64,000 bases of DNA, taken from a virus. Below are positions 42,701 through 50,738 of this stretch, in pieces (position 1 is the stretch's first letter; every line of letters starts with the position of its first letter). The stretch is taken from IMG/VR virus record IMGVR_UViG_3300042350_001802, positions 63,228-127,227 of that record, one strand, 5' to 3'. The notes under the pieces are model-generated. The model did no database searches, was not told the origin of the DNA, and was given only the letters and a program-made list of their open reading frames with translations. Position numbers and translations under genes: made by a program.

Positions 42701-43381
42701 ATGCTATTCTTCTTCCGTAGATATTTCTTACAGCTTGCAATGAATCGTTGGGGTACACGTAGACCAGATTTTGAAGGGATGGGTGTAGAGCAAGGGTTTT
42801 ATCTTACATTCTATCAGACATTTGTAAAAGATCTTCTTAAATTTAGATTTAACATTGCTAAGAACTGGCAGTCATACAGCCCTCAAGAAAAGAGAGCAAT
42901 ACAAAAGACACTTGCAGAACTTGGTATTATTCTTTCTGTGTTTGCAATGTATACTGTTCTATTTGGATATGATGACGATGATGAAGATCGTTTTGCAAAA
43001 CTTCGTCAGCAATCATGGGGAACGCAGTCTATGCTGTTTGTACTACTAAAAGTAAACTCTGAAACTGGTCAGTTCTTACCAGTTGCAGGTGCAGAGGAAT
43101 TAAACCGTATATACAGTAATCCGTCTCTTCTTTGGAACCAAGTGACTAGTTATATTAGTCTTTCTAAGATGACACTGATGCATATAGGAAACTTAACACC
43201 ATTCTTTGATTATGATAAGTCTCTATACTATCAGAAAGACAGTGGTGAATCATGGCTTAAAGAAGAAGGAGATAGTAAGTTTGTAGCAGAGTTTATTAGA
43301 ACCTTTACAGGATATACAGGTAAGACGTTTAATCCTGTCGATGCGGTGAAAGGATTTGAGTTCTCTCAGAGATTGAAATAA
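36713..43381 (+). CDS. Giant ejection protein with degenerate zincin and PD-(D/E)xK nuclease-like domains
   Basis: 2222 aa; EEALH (37292-37306); GTAVH...TEV...GIIDII...IYDFKT (about 38108-38392); helical C-terminus. Confidence 0.7.
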   Translation: MSACPNLKSQEWKTLSSAIGEDRAMLAFIRNNEAIPSVEKARELITDRGLLESFEKMPLLTTELVNGILKSRGLITDETTRIDGNTYYRIDKSGPNIGQRLGDFTDQYGMILDYRGDYVRPTESGMEQFNSFAGTVNFDNRTLTEISKSFLSSIGVGIQTQNDVLAKYGSNGVADFAARMVRIQEGFEDEALPEEALHFFLDMIDQSTPELMEALDKIRELPIYKSTLEQYKNNKNYQTPDGKIRFEKIKKEALAKHLAQKLKEKEMRGWLKNLWDYIVSAIKNLTFNKDPMEKLQLLFLKGRIDALQSNFNSSEIYNQLSDEYKNFYESQVSTEEQRQTVAAVFQATAPIMFEPENHKLTMRDATGTDHIMKSTTSILGSDYITELDSLDVILAITTNYSLEMGAQAGITLGDDAQVTGKKLTDYLVNLIVQNKVEEEEIQQRLGDRIKELLFQAAESKRKTLFGTAVHSIAEAAILNKPIDLDALDPIIYNIMDRKTIERLVYGTASEPGIIGIIRDLKNSGHVIMTEVAVGNGEIGGIIDIIAIDKKGVAHIYDFKTKFINPEKTAKKFNTLEDYFNYVTSLLSKGGIKDEEQTLPELVGKRRSQMEKYGQQQSIYKKLLMQSGVKVGDINIIGVPYTLNTNTNKVDDIKPFVVKNIGFNDRIANSYFPNLDPTMDANATKEVKKIEDDRVKALESISKEKLKETFANMQARLTQIYNYFSRNREGRVVYEMLNDEATKSNRVKLQRDLVTDVIENFDSFNDMLSAQKTFVEIIDSAGPILNILSKRFQELRALTPADTKAASAKLSEMKKIRDFIVGYQNMFDEMSQYLDKTENNPLVSRINEMQGIIAGIRVDYIHGITPETIKILKDVFSPQEVENMKREYNEMIKSAEERGDKQRAEQLRKELDELPSERMIAELLSGNKGDVGWFFSKFLPAISNPDIIIAGLAKRLKAVLDKVRLINKDFRDRLDVEFTKRAAVYGRGLDVKAINQSLVYTQKTISRSGEEMNQLFFLSEFDEKLYYDYDKLRYELEQVREKFSNGEATEAELREAKKNLKEFELKYLESQYTDEYYQMSSILDTTVTYKGRKQTVREIRDGIIDGMRAIQRKYHRDDIAEGAVSEADLQELQMYREQLTELQEKTNPDGSKKTGDALRIADILQRYSANSKKMYENVEMGGLFERKRERVKLAYGENSEEYKRWMANNTRLVISDRYYEEMESIMTELADLTQDPYGDRKKELYAELRTLVSPFKDKDGYIKGELIDNQRIERIKNVQREIDLLNSLTNDYTSLGYTKEEAAELKRQRFLSSITDPNHPNYGDFNPFAVDDIKKAREARLKADKNLEERIKRIDVLRKQLFAMRKTENTKYYYQELENQERLYADAAGISYEELKKDNRLYSQFRESEWFQTNHTHKVRNVFDENLGDNLQSESWEPIYIWRRNTPVEEYIEEKPASHFYKYVLRESFVDDNGKTVQLINKDNKDIQGRPKPKANTVYKAKYGADHPYLNERYKDLKTKYENNTASEKERVDYENLIYIHKELIDAQQDIEYRYRLGFGVPFMEKNLLQRTVEAKGQNLKEAARNTVNTIKRGFVRTEADLNEGVPDSTSSAARIATMDNEEVKFIPVRFASRSDADNASYDVWGAMLNYVSSINRKKELEKELAFVNAVEEVIGDKMNQPKSETKNLILSNIFKKVFKDEDIAKRINLGSNNRAEVIKSFVNSVLYNEEYFEGYDVLGVNTQKTISRLMSLSSFTLLGFAPFNWTVNALSGNVQATIEAVAGKMYGYRDFLSAKKIIYADSVVGGEYGSIMKDMMADFGKVGNRSFWGQMMEVYDPIQGEFENEYGRKTNYNSVKNILSLGAFSGKIWGEWEIQTSSWVAFMKNVRLYNGKFVDRETFLTMKLGSEFSGMTMKDYTTQRLEALKEWDGLKVNLLDAHELDVNGKLRIKAEYQDAFKIGSQEFSDIVAKLHFMQKKINGSYAEFDKAYVQKTSLGRMLFFFRRYFLQLAMNRWGTRRPDFEGMGVEQGFYLTFYQTFVKDLLKFRFNIAKNWQSYSPQEKRAIQKTLAELGIILSVFAMYTVLFGYDDDDEDRFAKLRQQSWGTQSMLFVLLKVNSETGQFLPVAGAEELNRIYSNPSLLWNQVTSYISLSKMTLMHIGNLTPFFDYDKSLYYQKDSGESWLKEEGDSKFVAEFIRTFTGYTGKTFNPVDAVKGFEFSQRLK

Positions 43382-43383
43382 AG

Positions 43384-43413
43384 AAAAGGGGAAAGTTAAA
43401 TTTCCCCTTTTTT
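43384..43413. terminator. Bidirectional terminator between convergent modules
   Basis: aaaaggggaaa-gttaaa-tttcccctttt lies between the + stop (43381) and the - stop (43412). Confidence 0.85.
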
Positions 43414-43843
43414 ATTTCTCCACTATAAACTCGTGCTTTCCTATATAGCAGTCTTGATCCCAATCCATATGCTTTTTGAATCCATTAATATAACTCTGGA
43501 TATTTGCAGCACCAATGGGATTATGTGAATGTACAGAACAGCGGTTTAGCTTCAGGTTATTCTTTTGTACATACTCACATAACCATCTAGCACAATCTAG
43601 TCCTGTCTTTTCTTTATACGTATCATAACTAGGTTGTTGCCAACCTATGTTTAGCTTCTGATTAAAATAATCATCTATGTGTTCTTTAGCGAGATCGTGG
43701 TCAAATGACACAAGATCCGGAACACCATTTTTCTCTATCCAACTTACAAACTCATCGTAGTTTCTCACTACCTCCCAGGGATGATAACCTGGGATTGTTG
43801 TTGTAGGGGTACGTTGGTCATCTAAGTATAATGCTCTTTTCAT
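43412..43843 (-). CDS. Cyclic-phosphate-processing receiver domain protein
   Basis: LYLDDQR, VSFDHDL, TGLDCARWL and VHSHNPIG motifs. Confidence 0.8.
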   Translation of the reverse strand: MKRALYLDDQRTPTTTIPGYHPWEVVRNYDEFVSWIEKNGVPDLVSFDHDLAKEHIDDYFNQKLNIGWQQPSYDTYKEKTGLDCARWLCEYVQKNNLKLNRCSVHSHNPIGAANIQSYINGFKKHMDWDQDCYIGKHEFIVEK

Positions 43844-44067
43844 GGTTTATCTTTATTAACTAATCTTACTGCCACTTCCTTATCGAGAGTGGGCGAATAC
43901 AACCTTTTTTTATTAGTGCATCTGTTTCTAAGTACTGCATTAGTAACTCCTAAACAAGCGGATGCTCTACCTAATGTGTTGTATTTTTGTATCACTGTCT
44001 TTGTCTCAGGATCGTACACTCTAACTTCGAGGTCCTTGTATCCAAACTGATCAATATCAATACTCAT
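43840..44067 (-). CDS. Small NUMOD1-like helix-turn-helix protein
   Basis: VRVYD...YNTLGRASACLGV pattern. Confidence 0.45.
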   Translation of the reverse strand: MSIDIDQFGYKDLEVRVYDPETKTVIQKYNTLGRASACLGVTNAVLRNRCTNKKRLYSPTLDKEVAVRLVNKDKP

Positions 44068-44081
44068 GCAGCAAATTAAGT

Positions 44082-44118
44082 AAAAAAATAGGGGAGAGAA
44101 AAATCTTCCCCCCCCTTT
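44082..44118 (-). terminator. Rho-independent terminator
   Basis: On the - strand, a G-run/gaag...ctctcccc stem followed by a T-run. Confidence 0.7.
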
Positions 44119-44137
44119 GTTTGTTGGTTTTCCTGGA

Positions 44138-44311
44138 TTAAGCTATATTCTTATCTCTAAACGCAATAGCTTCTTTACGCGTTGCAAAGTTACGACTAAC
44201 TAACTTTCCGTTCTTTTTAAAACGAACACGGTAGCTGTTGTTTTCTTTACAGATGTTGTTTGCCACTCTTTTGTAGGTGGTAGTGGTGTACCTTTTGTTG
44301 GTGGTAGACAT
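44138..44311 (-). CDS. 57-aa AP2-like DNA-binding protein (absent from the ORF track)
   Basis: Manual translation: MSTTNKRYTTTTYKRVANNICKENNSYRVRFKKNGKLVSRNFATRKEAIAFRDKNIA. Confidence 0.6.
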   Translation of the reverse strand: MSTTNKRYTTTTYKRVANNICKENNSYRVRFKKNGKLVSRNFATRKEAIAFRDKNIA

Positions 44312-44328
44312 GGTCTTATATTTAAGGG

Positions 44329-44583
44329 TTAATCAAATACGCGCTCAATGGTTTTTGAGAAGGGGTTAAACTCTACTTGGTTGAAGCTGTAGTATGTACC
44401 CTTATCAAACACCATACGATCGTGCTCATCGTGTGTAAGAATACCCATGCCACTAAGCATAAACTTAATGTGGTCTTGAGTGCGCTCATACGTGATGTCA
44501 CTCTTAGATTCTAGGACGTGCTTGTGTCCAACAACTTCTCCTTCACCGAGGACAAGTCTTTTAGTAGTCTGTTTGTTGTTCAT
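44329..44583 (-). CDS. Small His-rich beta protein (GExxGHxH...HxEH family, usual partner of DUF6745)
   Basis: LGEGEVVGHKH, LTHDEH and QVEFNP motifs; the likely start is the internal ATG at 44583. Confidence 0.6.
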   Translation of the reverse strand: MNNKQTTKRLVLGEGEVVGHKHVLESKSDITYERTQDHIKFMLSGMGILTHDEHDRMVFDKGTYYSFNQVEFNPFSKTIERVFD

Positions 44584-44642
44584 GATTGTAAATTTAATAC
44601 TAAGTTTTGAATAATGCCTAAAAGATATACACAAGATTTCCA

Positions 44643-45377
44643 CTATGTTTCAGAGTACATCAAGCTGAGATAGTCATCTTTAGATAGATGTCTTGTCCAT
44701 CCTGATGCTACGCTGTCTTTGCTTGCTTTTACTACGATGATGTCACCTTGACGATAGATGCGTTCTGGTCTAGTGATGTTAGTTCTAATAGTCCAAGCGA
44801 TAGCTTTAATAGCATCGTAAGTTATTTTAGATCCTTTCTCAGTATAGTTTGTTTCTGAACATCCATTTTCTGGTACAAATAACCAATACTCACGTCCTGT
44901 AGTGGTACACCAGCATCTTACAACAAAGATGTCGTCTTGACGCATCCATTTTTCTGCTGGTTTCTCAAACAACTCGGTATAAGGAATTTTATATAGCTCG
45001 TATACATCTTCAAACTCATACTCGTACTCTTTATTCTTGTCATCCCAACGAGCACGTTTTTTCTTAACCACTTGTCTATCAAGTTGTTTTGTTTTTACTT
45101 GCTCAAACATTCTTTTAGGACCGATACAGTCAAAGTAGGTACGTCTATCTTCTGTATTTTTAAGCTGTAGAGCTTCTTTTACAGTGACTTCTTTGATGTC
45201 ATCCCACATCTCCGCTACGAAGTTATAGAACTCCTCAAGAGCTTCATTTTTACACACTTCAGACTTAAACTGCTTTAAATCTGTATACTTAGTTTTCCAT
45301 AAGCGTAAAGCAGTAGAAAGGGAATATCCCTCTCTACCACTTACATTGTACGTTAGTTTTTCAAACTGATTTTTCAT
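44643..45377 (-). CDS. DUF6745-like protein
   Basis: NTEDRR...IG, VRCWCTTTGREYWLFVP, AIAWT and RQGD motifs. Confidence 0.55.
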   Translation of the reverse strand: MKNQFEKLTYNVSGREGYSLSTALRLWKTKYTDLKQFKSEVCKNEALEEFYNFVAEMWDDIKEVTVKEALQLKNTEDRRTYFDCIGPKRMFEQVKTKQLDRQVVKKKRARWDDKNKEYEYEFEDVYELYKIPYTELFEKPAEKWMRQDDIFVVRCWCTTTGREYWLFVPENGCSETNYTEKGSKITYDAIKAIAWTIRTNITRPERIYRQGDIIVVKASKDSVASGWTRHLSKDDYLSLMYSET

Positions 45378-45378
45378 G

Positions 45379-46080
45379 TTAGTCTAAATTAAGTTCTAAA
45401 TCTTCTACTGAAATATATATGTCTTTTTCATCTACTTCGGAAACACGTTTGCTAACAGGTTGCATCCACGCCACCATATCTCCTGTCTCTGGATCTTTTT
45501 CAAAGTCTGTAGATCTGTAGGTGTGGTCTGCAAACATGTTACATTCATCATCTTCGTCTAGTTCTCTATCAAACGCTTCTATCACTGCAGTTGCAATTTC
45601 AGATGCAACTTTCGCGTGCCTATCTGTAGTGAAACCATTTTGAACTAATAGTTCTACTTCCACTCCTTCTTTATATACACTACCTTGTGACTCTTCCACT
45701 TGAATAGATAATCCATCAAACCATACATCTTTAGGAACGCGTAAGAATACTTTGATGTCTTCGTTAACAACTTCCTCTGTACTATAATTGTCTAGTCCTA
45801 TAAACGCTTTTTCTTTAGGGTCGTAGATTGCTTCACCTGAAGCACTAAAATCACCAGCCCATGATCCATAGTCTAGTGTATCATAACAATAGTTTATAAG
45901 AGCTTCTGTATATTGGTTTTCTTCTTCTGGGTTTTCCCCATCTATTTTAAACTCTACCCATCCAGAGTCATTACCACCATCCCATGTAAGAGATAGCTCG
46001 TGTCCTTTAGCTACCATAGCGTCGCACCATTCTAAGATGCTTAATTGTTTTTCTTCTTTAGATTGTTTCTTCTTTGACAT
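45379..46080 (-). CDS. DUF6878-like acidic protein
   Basis: WDGGNDSG and WAGDFSASG motifs; adjacent to a DUF6915-like gene. Confidence 0.5.
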   Translation of the reverse strand: MSKKKQSKEEKQLSILEWCDAMVAKGHELSLTWDGGNDSGWVEFKIDGENPEEENQYTEALINYCYDTLDYGSWAGDFSASGEAIYDPKEKAFIGLDNYSTEEVVNEDIKVFLRVPKDVWFDGLSIQVEESQGSVYKEGVEVELLVQNGFTTDRHAKVASEIATAVIEAFDRELDEDDECNMFADHTYRSTDFEKDPETGDMVAWMQPVSKRVSEVDEKDIYISVEDLELNLD

Positions 46081-46447
46081 AGTCTAGTTTTTGTTCGTTA
46101 ATTTCTTTTAATACTTTTCTACCTTCACCTGGTTTAAACATCCATCCAGCTTGTTCCATATTATCTAAGTAGTCTTTGATAGTTGGAATAAACCCAATGT
46201 CTTCCATAAGATGTTGTTCACCAATAGTTCTTACAGGTACATTTTTACCATCTGAGTTTGTAATAACATATCCAAATTGTTGCTCACACCAGAAGATACC
46301 TTCTGAATGATGTCTAAGAGCGCGATGACGCATGTCTGGATAATGTGCTTTGGTCTCATCAAACCAACTGTGAATCTTTATATAGTCTTCCCATTTACCT
46401 CCGAACTTGCGCGCGGAGGAAATGGAATGATGATAGGGATGTGACAT
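46058..46447 (-). CDS. DUF6915-like His-rich protein
   Basis: HPYHHSISSARKFGG, IHSWFD, RHRALRHHSEG and EQHLMED motifs. Confidence 0.7.
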   Translation of the reverse strand: MSHPYHHSISSARKFGGKWEDYIKIHSWFDETKAHYPDMRHRALRHHSEGIFWCEQQFGYVITNSDGKNVPVRTIGEQHLMEDIGFIPTIKDYLDNMEQAGWMFKPGEGRKVLKEINEQKLDYVKEETI

Positions 46448-46450
46448 AAT

Positions 46451-46684
46451 TTAGTCTTTTGATAACCAATAAATCTCTCTAACTTTTGCTCCTAGTTCTG
46501 CATCGTTAGGAGTATTATAAATCATGTGCGCAGGGATTAACATATGTTCACGGTCACTTCCTCTGCTATAACATTTAGAACAGAGCTGTCCAGCTCCTTC
46601 TATATAACCAACACGCATATCAATATGCGTTTCAAACTCATATGGTGTCTCTACACCACACATAATACAATTGTCTTTTGCCAT
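46451..46684 (-). CDS. Small zinc-finger protein
   Basis: CIMCG...YIEGAGQLCSKC; probable start MAKDNC at 46684. Confidence 0.6.
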   Translation of the reverse strand: MAKDNCIMCGVETPYEFETHIDMRVGYIEGAGQLCSKCYSRGSDREHMLIPAHMIYNTPNDAELGAKVREIYWLSKD

Positions 46685-46688
46685 AGTT

Positions 46689-46880
46689 TTATTTTTTATG
46701 TTCTTCAGGAGATGTTTCCCAATAATAATCACAACCACGTCCTTCTTCGTAAGGAGCGGATACAAAATAACTCTGATGAAGATCATCAGGTTCTACTAAA
46801 AATCTATAACAGGTGTTCCTATAAGGACACTCTGCATGGGTATTGAAGTCAATACCATTACACATAGTTATATCTGGCAT
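46689..46880 (-). CDS. Small Cys-rich phage protein
   Basis: MPDITMC...CPYRNTCYRF...CDYYW. Confidence 0.6.
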   Translation of the reverse strand: MPDITMCNGIDFNTHAECPYRNTCYRFLVEPDDLHQSYFVSAPYEEGRGCDYYWETSPEEHKK

Positions 46881-47536
46881 AATAGCTGTTTTACTTGTTC
46901 TGTTAAAAATGTAAGATCGCCATCGTTATTTATTACATGGTCAAATTTATATCCATCTAAAGATATTTCTGAAGGATGATCGTTAATAGGTTTAATACCT
47001 GGTCTATTAATACGTACCATTATTCCTCCAGCTTTTTTAATAGCAGCTGCTTCATTAGGAAAACGTGTGTCTGTAATAATCCAGTTAGGGTATTTAGAAC
47101 ATTTAACAACAGTTCCTTTTTTACTTGTACCACATTCTGACAACTCTTTTTTATAGTCAGACATAAGAGCATTAACCCAGGTATTATAGTGTAATCCATG
47201 TCGTAGAGCATCTGTACCTAGGCGTTGTAGAAGATCTCTTACAGTGATTGGTATACCACGATCACTCCACTCTGGTCCTAGTTGAGTTTTTTTGAACTCT
47301 TGATCTTCAAACTTTTCTGTAGGGATACCTGTAAGTAGACTAGCAATAATCTTTAGCTTTCCAGCAAACTTCTTAATCTCCCATCCAGACTGATCTTCTA
47401 ACCACCAATCATGAACATCCGTTCTAGTGATTTCTTTTACTGTCACATCTCCAACATTAGGACAGTTTAAATACTGGATAATCTTACCAACTGTATCTTT
47501 ACCAGATTGGGCATATCCATTTATTCCTATTATCAT
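46868..47536 (-). CDS. Deoxynucleoside monophosphate kinase
   Basis: GYAQSGKDT P-loop, FAGKLK, RDLLQRLGT, ITDTRFPNE and HPSE motifs. Confidence 0.9.
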   Translation of the reverse strand: MIIGINGYAQSGKDTVGKIIQYLNCPNVGDVTVKEITRTDVHDWWLEDQSGWEIKKFAGKLKIIASLLTGIPTEKFEDQEFKKTQLGPEWSDRGIPITVRDLLQRLGTDALRHGLHYNTWVNALMSDYKKELSECGTSKKGTVVKCSKYPNWIITDTRFPNEAAAIKKAGGIMVRINRPGIKPINDHPSEISLDGYKFDHVINNDGDLTFLTEQVKQLLCQI

Positions 47537-47541
47537 ATAAT

Positions 47542-47865
47542 TTAAATTTTAGGGAAAGGTAATGAATCTTTTTTCCAGTTCAAAGCTTCTTGTGGGGTAA
47601 TTATTAAACCCTTAACTCTTTTCTGATATTCTCTATGCACCTTACTAAAAGCTTCTTTTGACATATAGTCTGAGCTTGTTAAGTGATAACCATTACAATG
47701 CTGGCATCTATAATATCTTTTTAGAGTTGATTTACCACATGCTTTTTTACTTCTGTTCTTTGATTTGTTGTGCGATAATTTACTTATTAGTGTTTTTTTA
47801 GCATCACCGGGAGTTGGATACCGACATTTTCCAGTGGCACTACATTTAAAAGGATTGTTAATCAT
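47542..47865 (-). CDS. Basic zinc-finger protein
   Basis: CSATGKCRY...YYRCQHCNGYHLTS. Confidence 0.6.
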   Translation of the reverse strand: MINNPFKCSATGKCRYPTPGDAKKTLISKLSHNKSKNRSKKACGKSTLKRYYRCQHCNGYHLTSSDYMSKEAFSKVHREYQKRVKGLIITPQEALNWKKDSLPFPKI

Positions 47866-47878
47866 AGCTTATAAAATT

Positions 47879-47912
47879 AAAAAAGGGGGAATTTTTGTTT
47901 TCCCCCTTTTTT
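47879..47912 (-). terminator. Rho-independent terminator
   Basis: aaaaaagggggaa...ttccccctttttt inverted repeat after the stop at 47915. Confidence 0.8.
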
Positions 47913-47914
47913 GT

Positions 47915-48802
47915 TTAGAATAAATCTAGTATATCTGCTTCTGTAGGACTTGTATCAGGTTCTTTAACCTCAAGTTGTCCTCTATCATCTACAGAGAAAC
48001 CAGCACTATCACATTCTGGACCCTCATCTATTGGATCTACAGGTACCAATATACCTGAACCACCACTCATACCAAACTCATTTGCAAAAAACTTATGTAG
48101 GTCAGTATGTCTTTTAATCCAGTTACGTGGAGAGTCTTCTTTGAAAGCATGAGTAGCATAGTTATATACAGCCCATGCATTCATAGGACTAACACCATAA
48201 TCGAATGTAGATTTATCCATCTCACGCTTCATAATATTAAGCTGTGTTGATGTAATAATCTGATCATACAAATACATTCTACCAATCATCTCAGAAACTT
48301 GTTTAAGAGTAAGATCGTGAGTCTTTAACTTATCTCTATCCTCTACAAGTTTTGTAAAAATGGAAGATGCTGATTTAATATAGTCTACAATATGACTCAA
48401 TGCATCTTCGTCTGCTGTACCTGTATGCTTACGACGATAAGCAGCAAGATCACCTGCCACCATACCATTTGCACATACAAATACATGAGCACCAATAGCG
48501 TATTTAAAACTCACTTGTTTATTGTAGCTATTTTGCCATGCGAGCATCAGTCCCATCTCTGAATCACCACCAAACTCAAGATGGTACTCACCAGATCCGA
48601 TGAGTCCATCCATAGAGCTACGATAGTTGTGTTTTTTAATAGTAAAGTTTTGTTTTTCAAGAACACCTAATGTATGTTCAATTATAACTTTATGCGAGAT
48701 TGGTGTATAACTATCCGTTTTTTCAGGGATAGGTGCATTTAAAAGCTTATACAACGCTGAATCTTGCATATCTGCGCTAAGATCTAACTTAAGTTGTGAC
48801 AT
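47915..48802 (-). CDS. DUF932-family protein
   Basis: YTPISH, NSYNKQ, VFVCANGM, RRKHT and AWAVYNYAT motifs. Confidence 0.75.
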   Translation of the reverse strand: MSQLKLDLSADMQDSALYKLLNAPIPEKTDSYTPISHKVIIEHTLGVLEKQNFTIKKHNYRSSMDGLIGSGEYHLEFGGDSEMGLMLAWQNSYNKQVSFKYAIGAHVFVCANGMVAGDLAAYRRKHTGTADEDALSHIVDYIKSASSIFTKLVEDRDKLKTHDLTLKQVSEMIGRMYLYDQIITSTQLNIMKREMDKSTFDYGVSPMNAWAVYNYATHAFKEDSPRNWIKRHTDLHKFFANEFGMSGGSGILVPVDPIDEGPECDSAGFSVDDRGQLEVKEPDTSPTEADILDLF

Positions 48803-48803
48803 T

Positions 48804-50738
48804 TTAAAATAATTCTAGTTGAGTAAATTTTCTTTTGATTTGTTTATCGATGTTGTGTATCTCCTTATGTATCTGTTCAAGATAATAATCTTCATTTACA
48901 TCCAGTTCATCGAAGCTTTTAGCAGATGCTCGATTGTAAATAGTGTGCGTCCATCTACCGGAGTCAACTTGTATCTCTCTTTTGTCCACTTTATTTCTTC
49001 TAAAGAGTTTAATACCTTTATTAGATATAAAATAGCGATTGGTTTTCTGTAGTTCTGTTTCTTTCATCACACCCTTATCTACTTCTACAGCAACTATAGA
49101 CCAGTCACCTTTTGCTTTTATACCACCGCAATAGTCATAGATATCTCTATTACTTTTTAGGTAATCTTTAGGATCTGTTCCGTAAACAAAATAGTGATAG
49201 ATTGCTTTAGGAATAATAAGGAAAGATTTATTCTTATGTAGTATTGCCACCTTCTTTTCTGTCTGGTCTTTCCATTCAAATCTACCTTTACACTTTGGTT
49301 CTTTTTTAGGATTATCATACATAGCAATGTAGTTATTTACATCTGCCAATATAATTTTCTTATACTCATCGTGTTCTAGCTGTAGACTTGTAAGTCTTTC
49401 CCATTCTTCACATATCTCCTTATACTTATCCTTGAAAGTCTTAGGAATCATAACTTCGAGACCATCTGTATTCACCATTATCGGTATAGCACCGGGTATT
49501 CTTTCAACAAGCATCTCTAATAGTTTAGTTAGAAGAAGCTGACCGTTGATAGTAATACTCATAGTGAGTTGCGGATCATACAGGAAACTGTTCTCATCAT
49601 TACTTAATCCGTATGTAGCATTAAGAATAATTTTAAAGACATAGTTTTTAGGATCAGACTTAGGATATTTCTTTCTTTCCTCAAAGAACCATTCATACAG
49701 ATTGCAAAACTGGTTTTGATCTAGATGTGCTGGTGCTAACTTATTTCTAATAGCTAGATTAGGATAGAATGATGTGACATCCGATGTCATAATTGTATAT
49801 CCATCTTTAGCTTCATAAATACCAGATTCTCTAGCAGCATGTACACCACCCAGTCCATAGTATATTTCCATGTTCTTATACTTGACCATATGGTTTAAGC
49901 TACCTTTCGTTTCTGTTACCACCTTACCTCTAAAAAACTTATGTAACTCTTTAAAACAGGGAACATCAAAGTTTATGTATGGAAGTATACATTCCTCTAA
50001 TGCAACATGTGTTCTAAAAGTTCTAAGTTGTTTTAAATCTGATTTAGAGATACCAGTTTGTTTGCTAAGAAAGTGTGCAAATAGTTCTCTTGCAATCTTT
50101 GTTTCTGATGCTGAGAACAAGTTTATACCGTATTCTTCAGTGAGACTTTTGCGAAGAGCTAACTGTTCACTACTTCTCTTGAAGATTTCTTTTGTAGACG
50201 CAACGTCATTTATACAATATTTAATGATCTTTTCTAATGTGGGTATATCATCTACAAGTTTATAGTGGGCATGTGGCATATCTTCCACATTATCCCAATC
50301 CATAGAGAATTGTATCCACTTTAGACTAGATCTTTTAGCTGCATTATCCCAGTGATTCATTTTAAATAAATCAATCTGTTTAATGAACAGCTTCCACTCT
50401 GGAAAATCTGGAGGTTGATCTCTTTCTCTACTAATTACCTTCTGTGCATAATTATAAATAAGGGAAGCTATCTCATCATTAGATAGATCTTTCCATTCTT
50501 CATAATGTGTTAGAATGTATTGAGTGATTTGAGAGTCAAAATGAAGACCATTAAAGGAGATATGCCACTCGTCGCGTTCTACATTCTCCATAAGAAAAGA
50601 AACCAGGTCATCAAATTGAGACCTGGAACTTAGCTTATTTACGACGAATACACGTCTTTTAGATTCCTTATAATGTTCAAACACAGCTACGAAACAGTTG
50701 CATATTGTTTCGTAGTCCATGATCCAGTGACTTTTCAT
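48804..50738 (-). CDS. polB: Family B DNA polymerase with 3'-5' exonuclease
   Basis: Exonuclease motifs DYET, FNGLHFD and YCINDV; polymerase motifs SDVTSFYPN, KIILNATYG and NTDG. Confidence 0.92.
   Translation of the reverse strand: MKSHWIMDYETICNCFVAVFEHYKESKRRVFVVNKLSSRSQFDDLVSFLMENVERDEWHISFNGLHFDSQITQYILTHYEEWKDLSNDEIASLIYNYAQKVISRERDQPPDFPEWKLFIKQIDLFKMNHWDNAAKRSSLKWIQFSMDWDNVEDMPHAHYKLVDDIPTLEKIIKYCINDVASTKEIFKRSSEQLALRKSLTEEYGINLFSASETKIARELFAHFLSKQTGISKSDLKQLRTFRTHVALEECILPYINFDVPCFKELHKFFRGKVVTETKGSLNHMVKYKNMEIYYGLGGVHAARESGIYEAKDGYTIMTSDVTSFYPNLAIRNKLAPAHLDQNQFCNLYEWFFEERKKYPKSDPKNYVFKIILNATYGLSNDENSFLYDPQLTMSITINGQLLLTKLLEMLVERIPGAIPIMVNTDGLEVMIPKTFKDKYKEICEEWERLTSLQLEHDEYKKIILADVNNYIAMYDNPKKEPKCKGRFEWKDQTEKKVAILHKNKSFLIIPKAIYHYFVYGTDPKDYLKSNRDIYDYCGGIKAKGDWSIVAVEVDKGVMKETELQKTNRYFISNKGIKLFRRNKVDKREIQVDSGRWTHTIYNRASAKSFDELDVNEDYYLEQIHKEIHNIDKQIKRKFTQLELF

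Noticed and set aside
1336-43049. Many short antisense or out-of-frame ORFs within the long + strand genes
   Set aside because: They are shadows of the real genes, with no motifs or initiation context.
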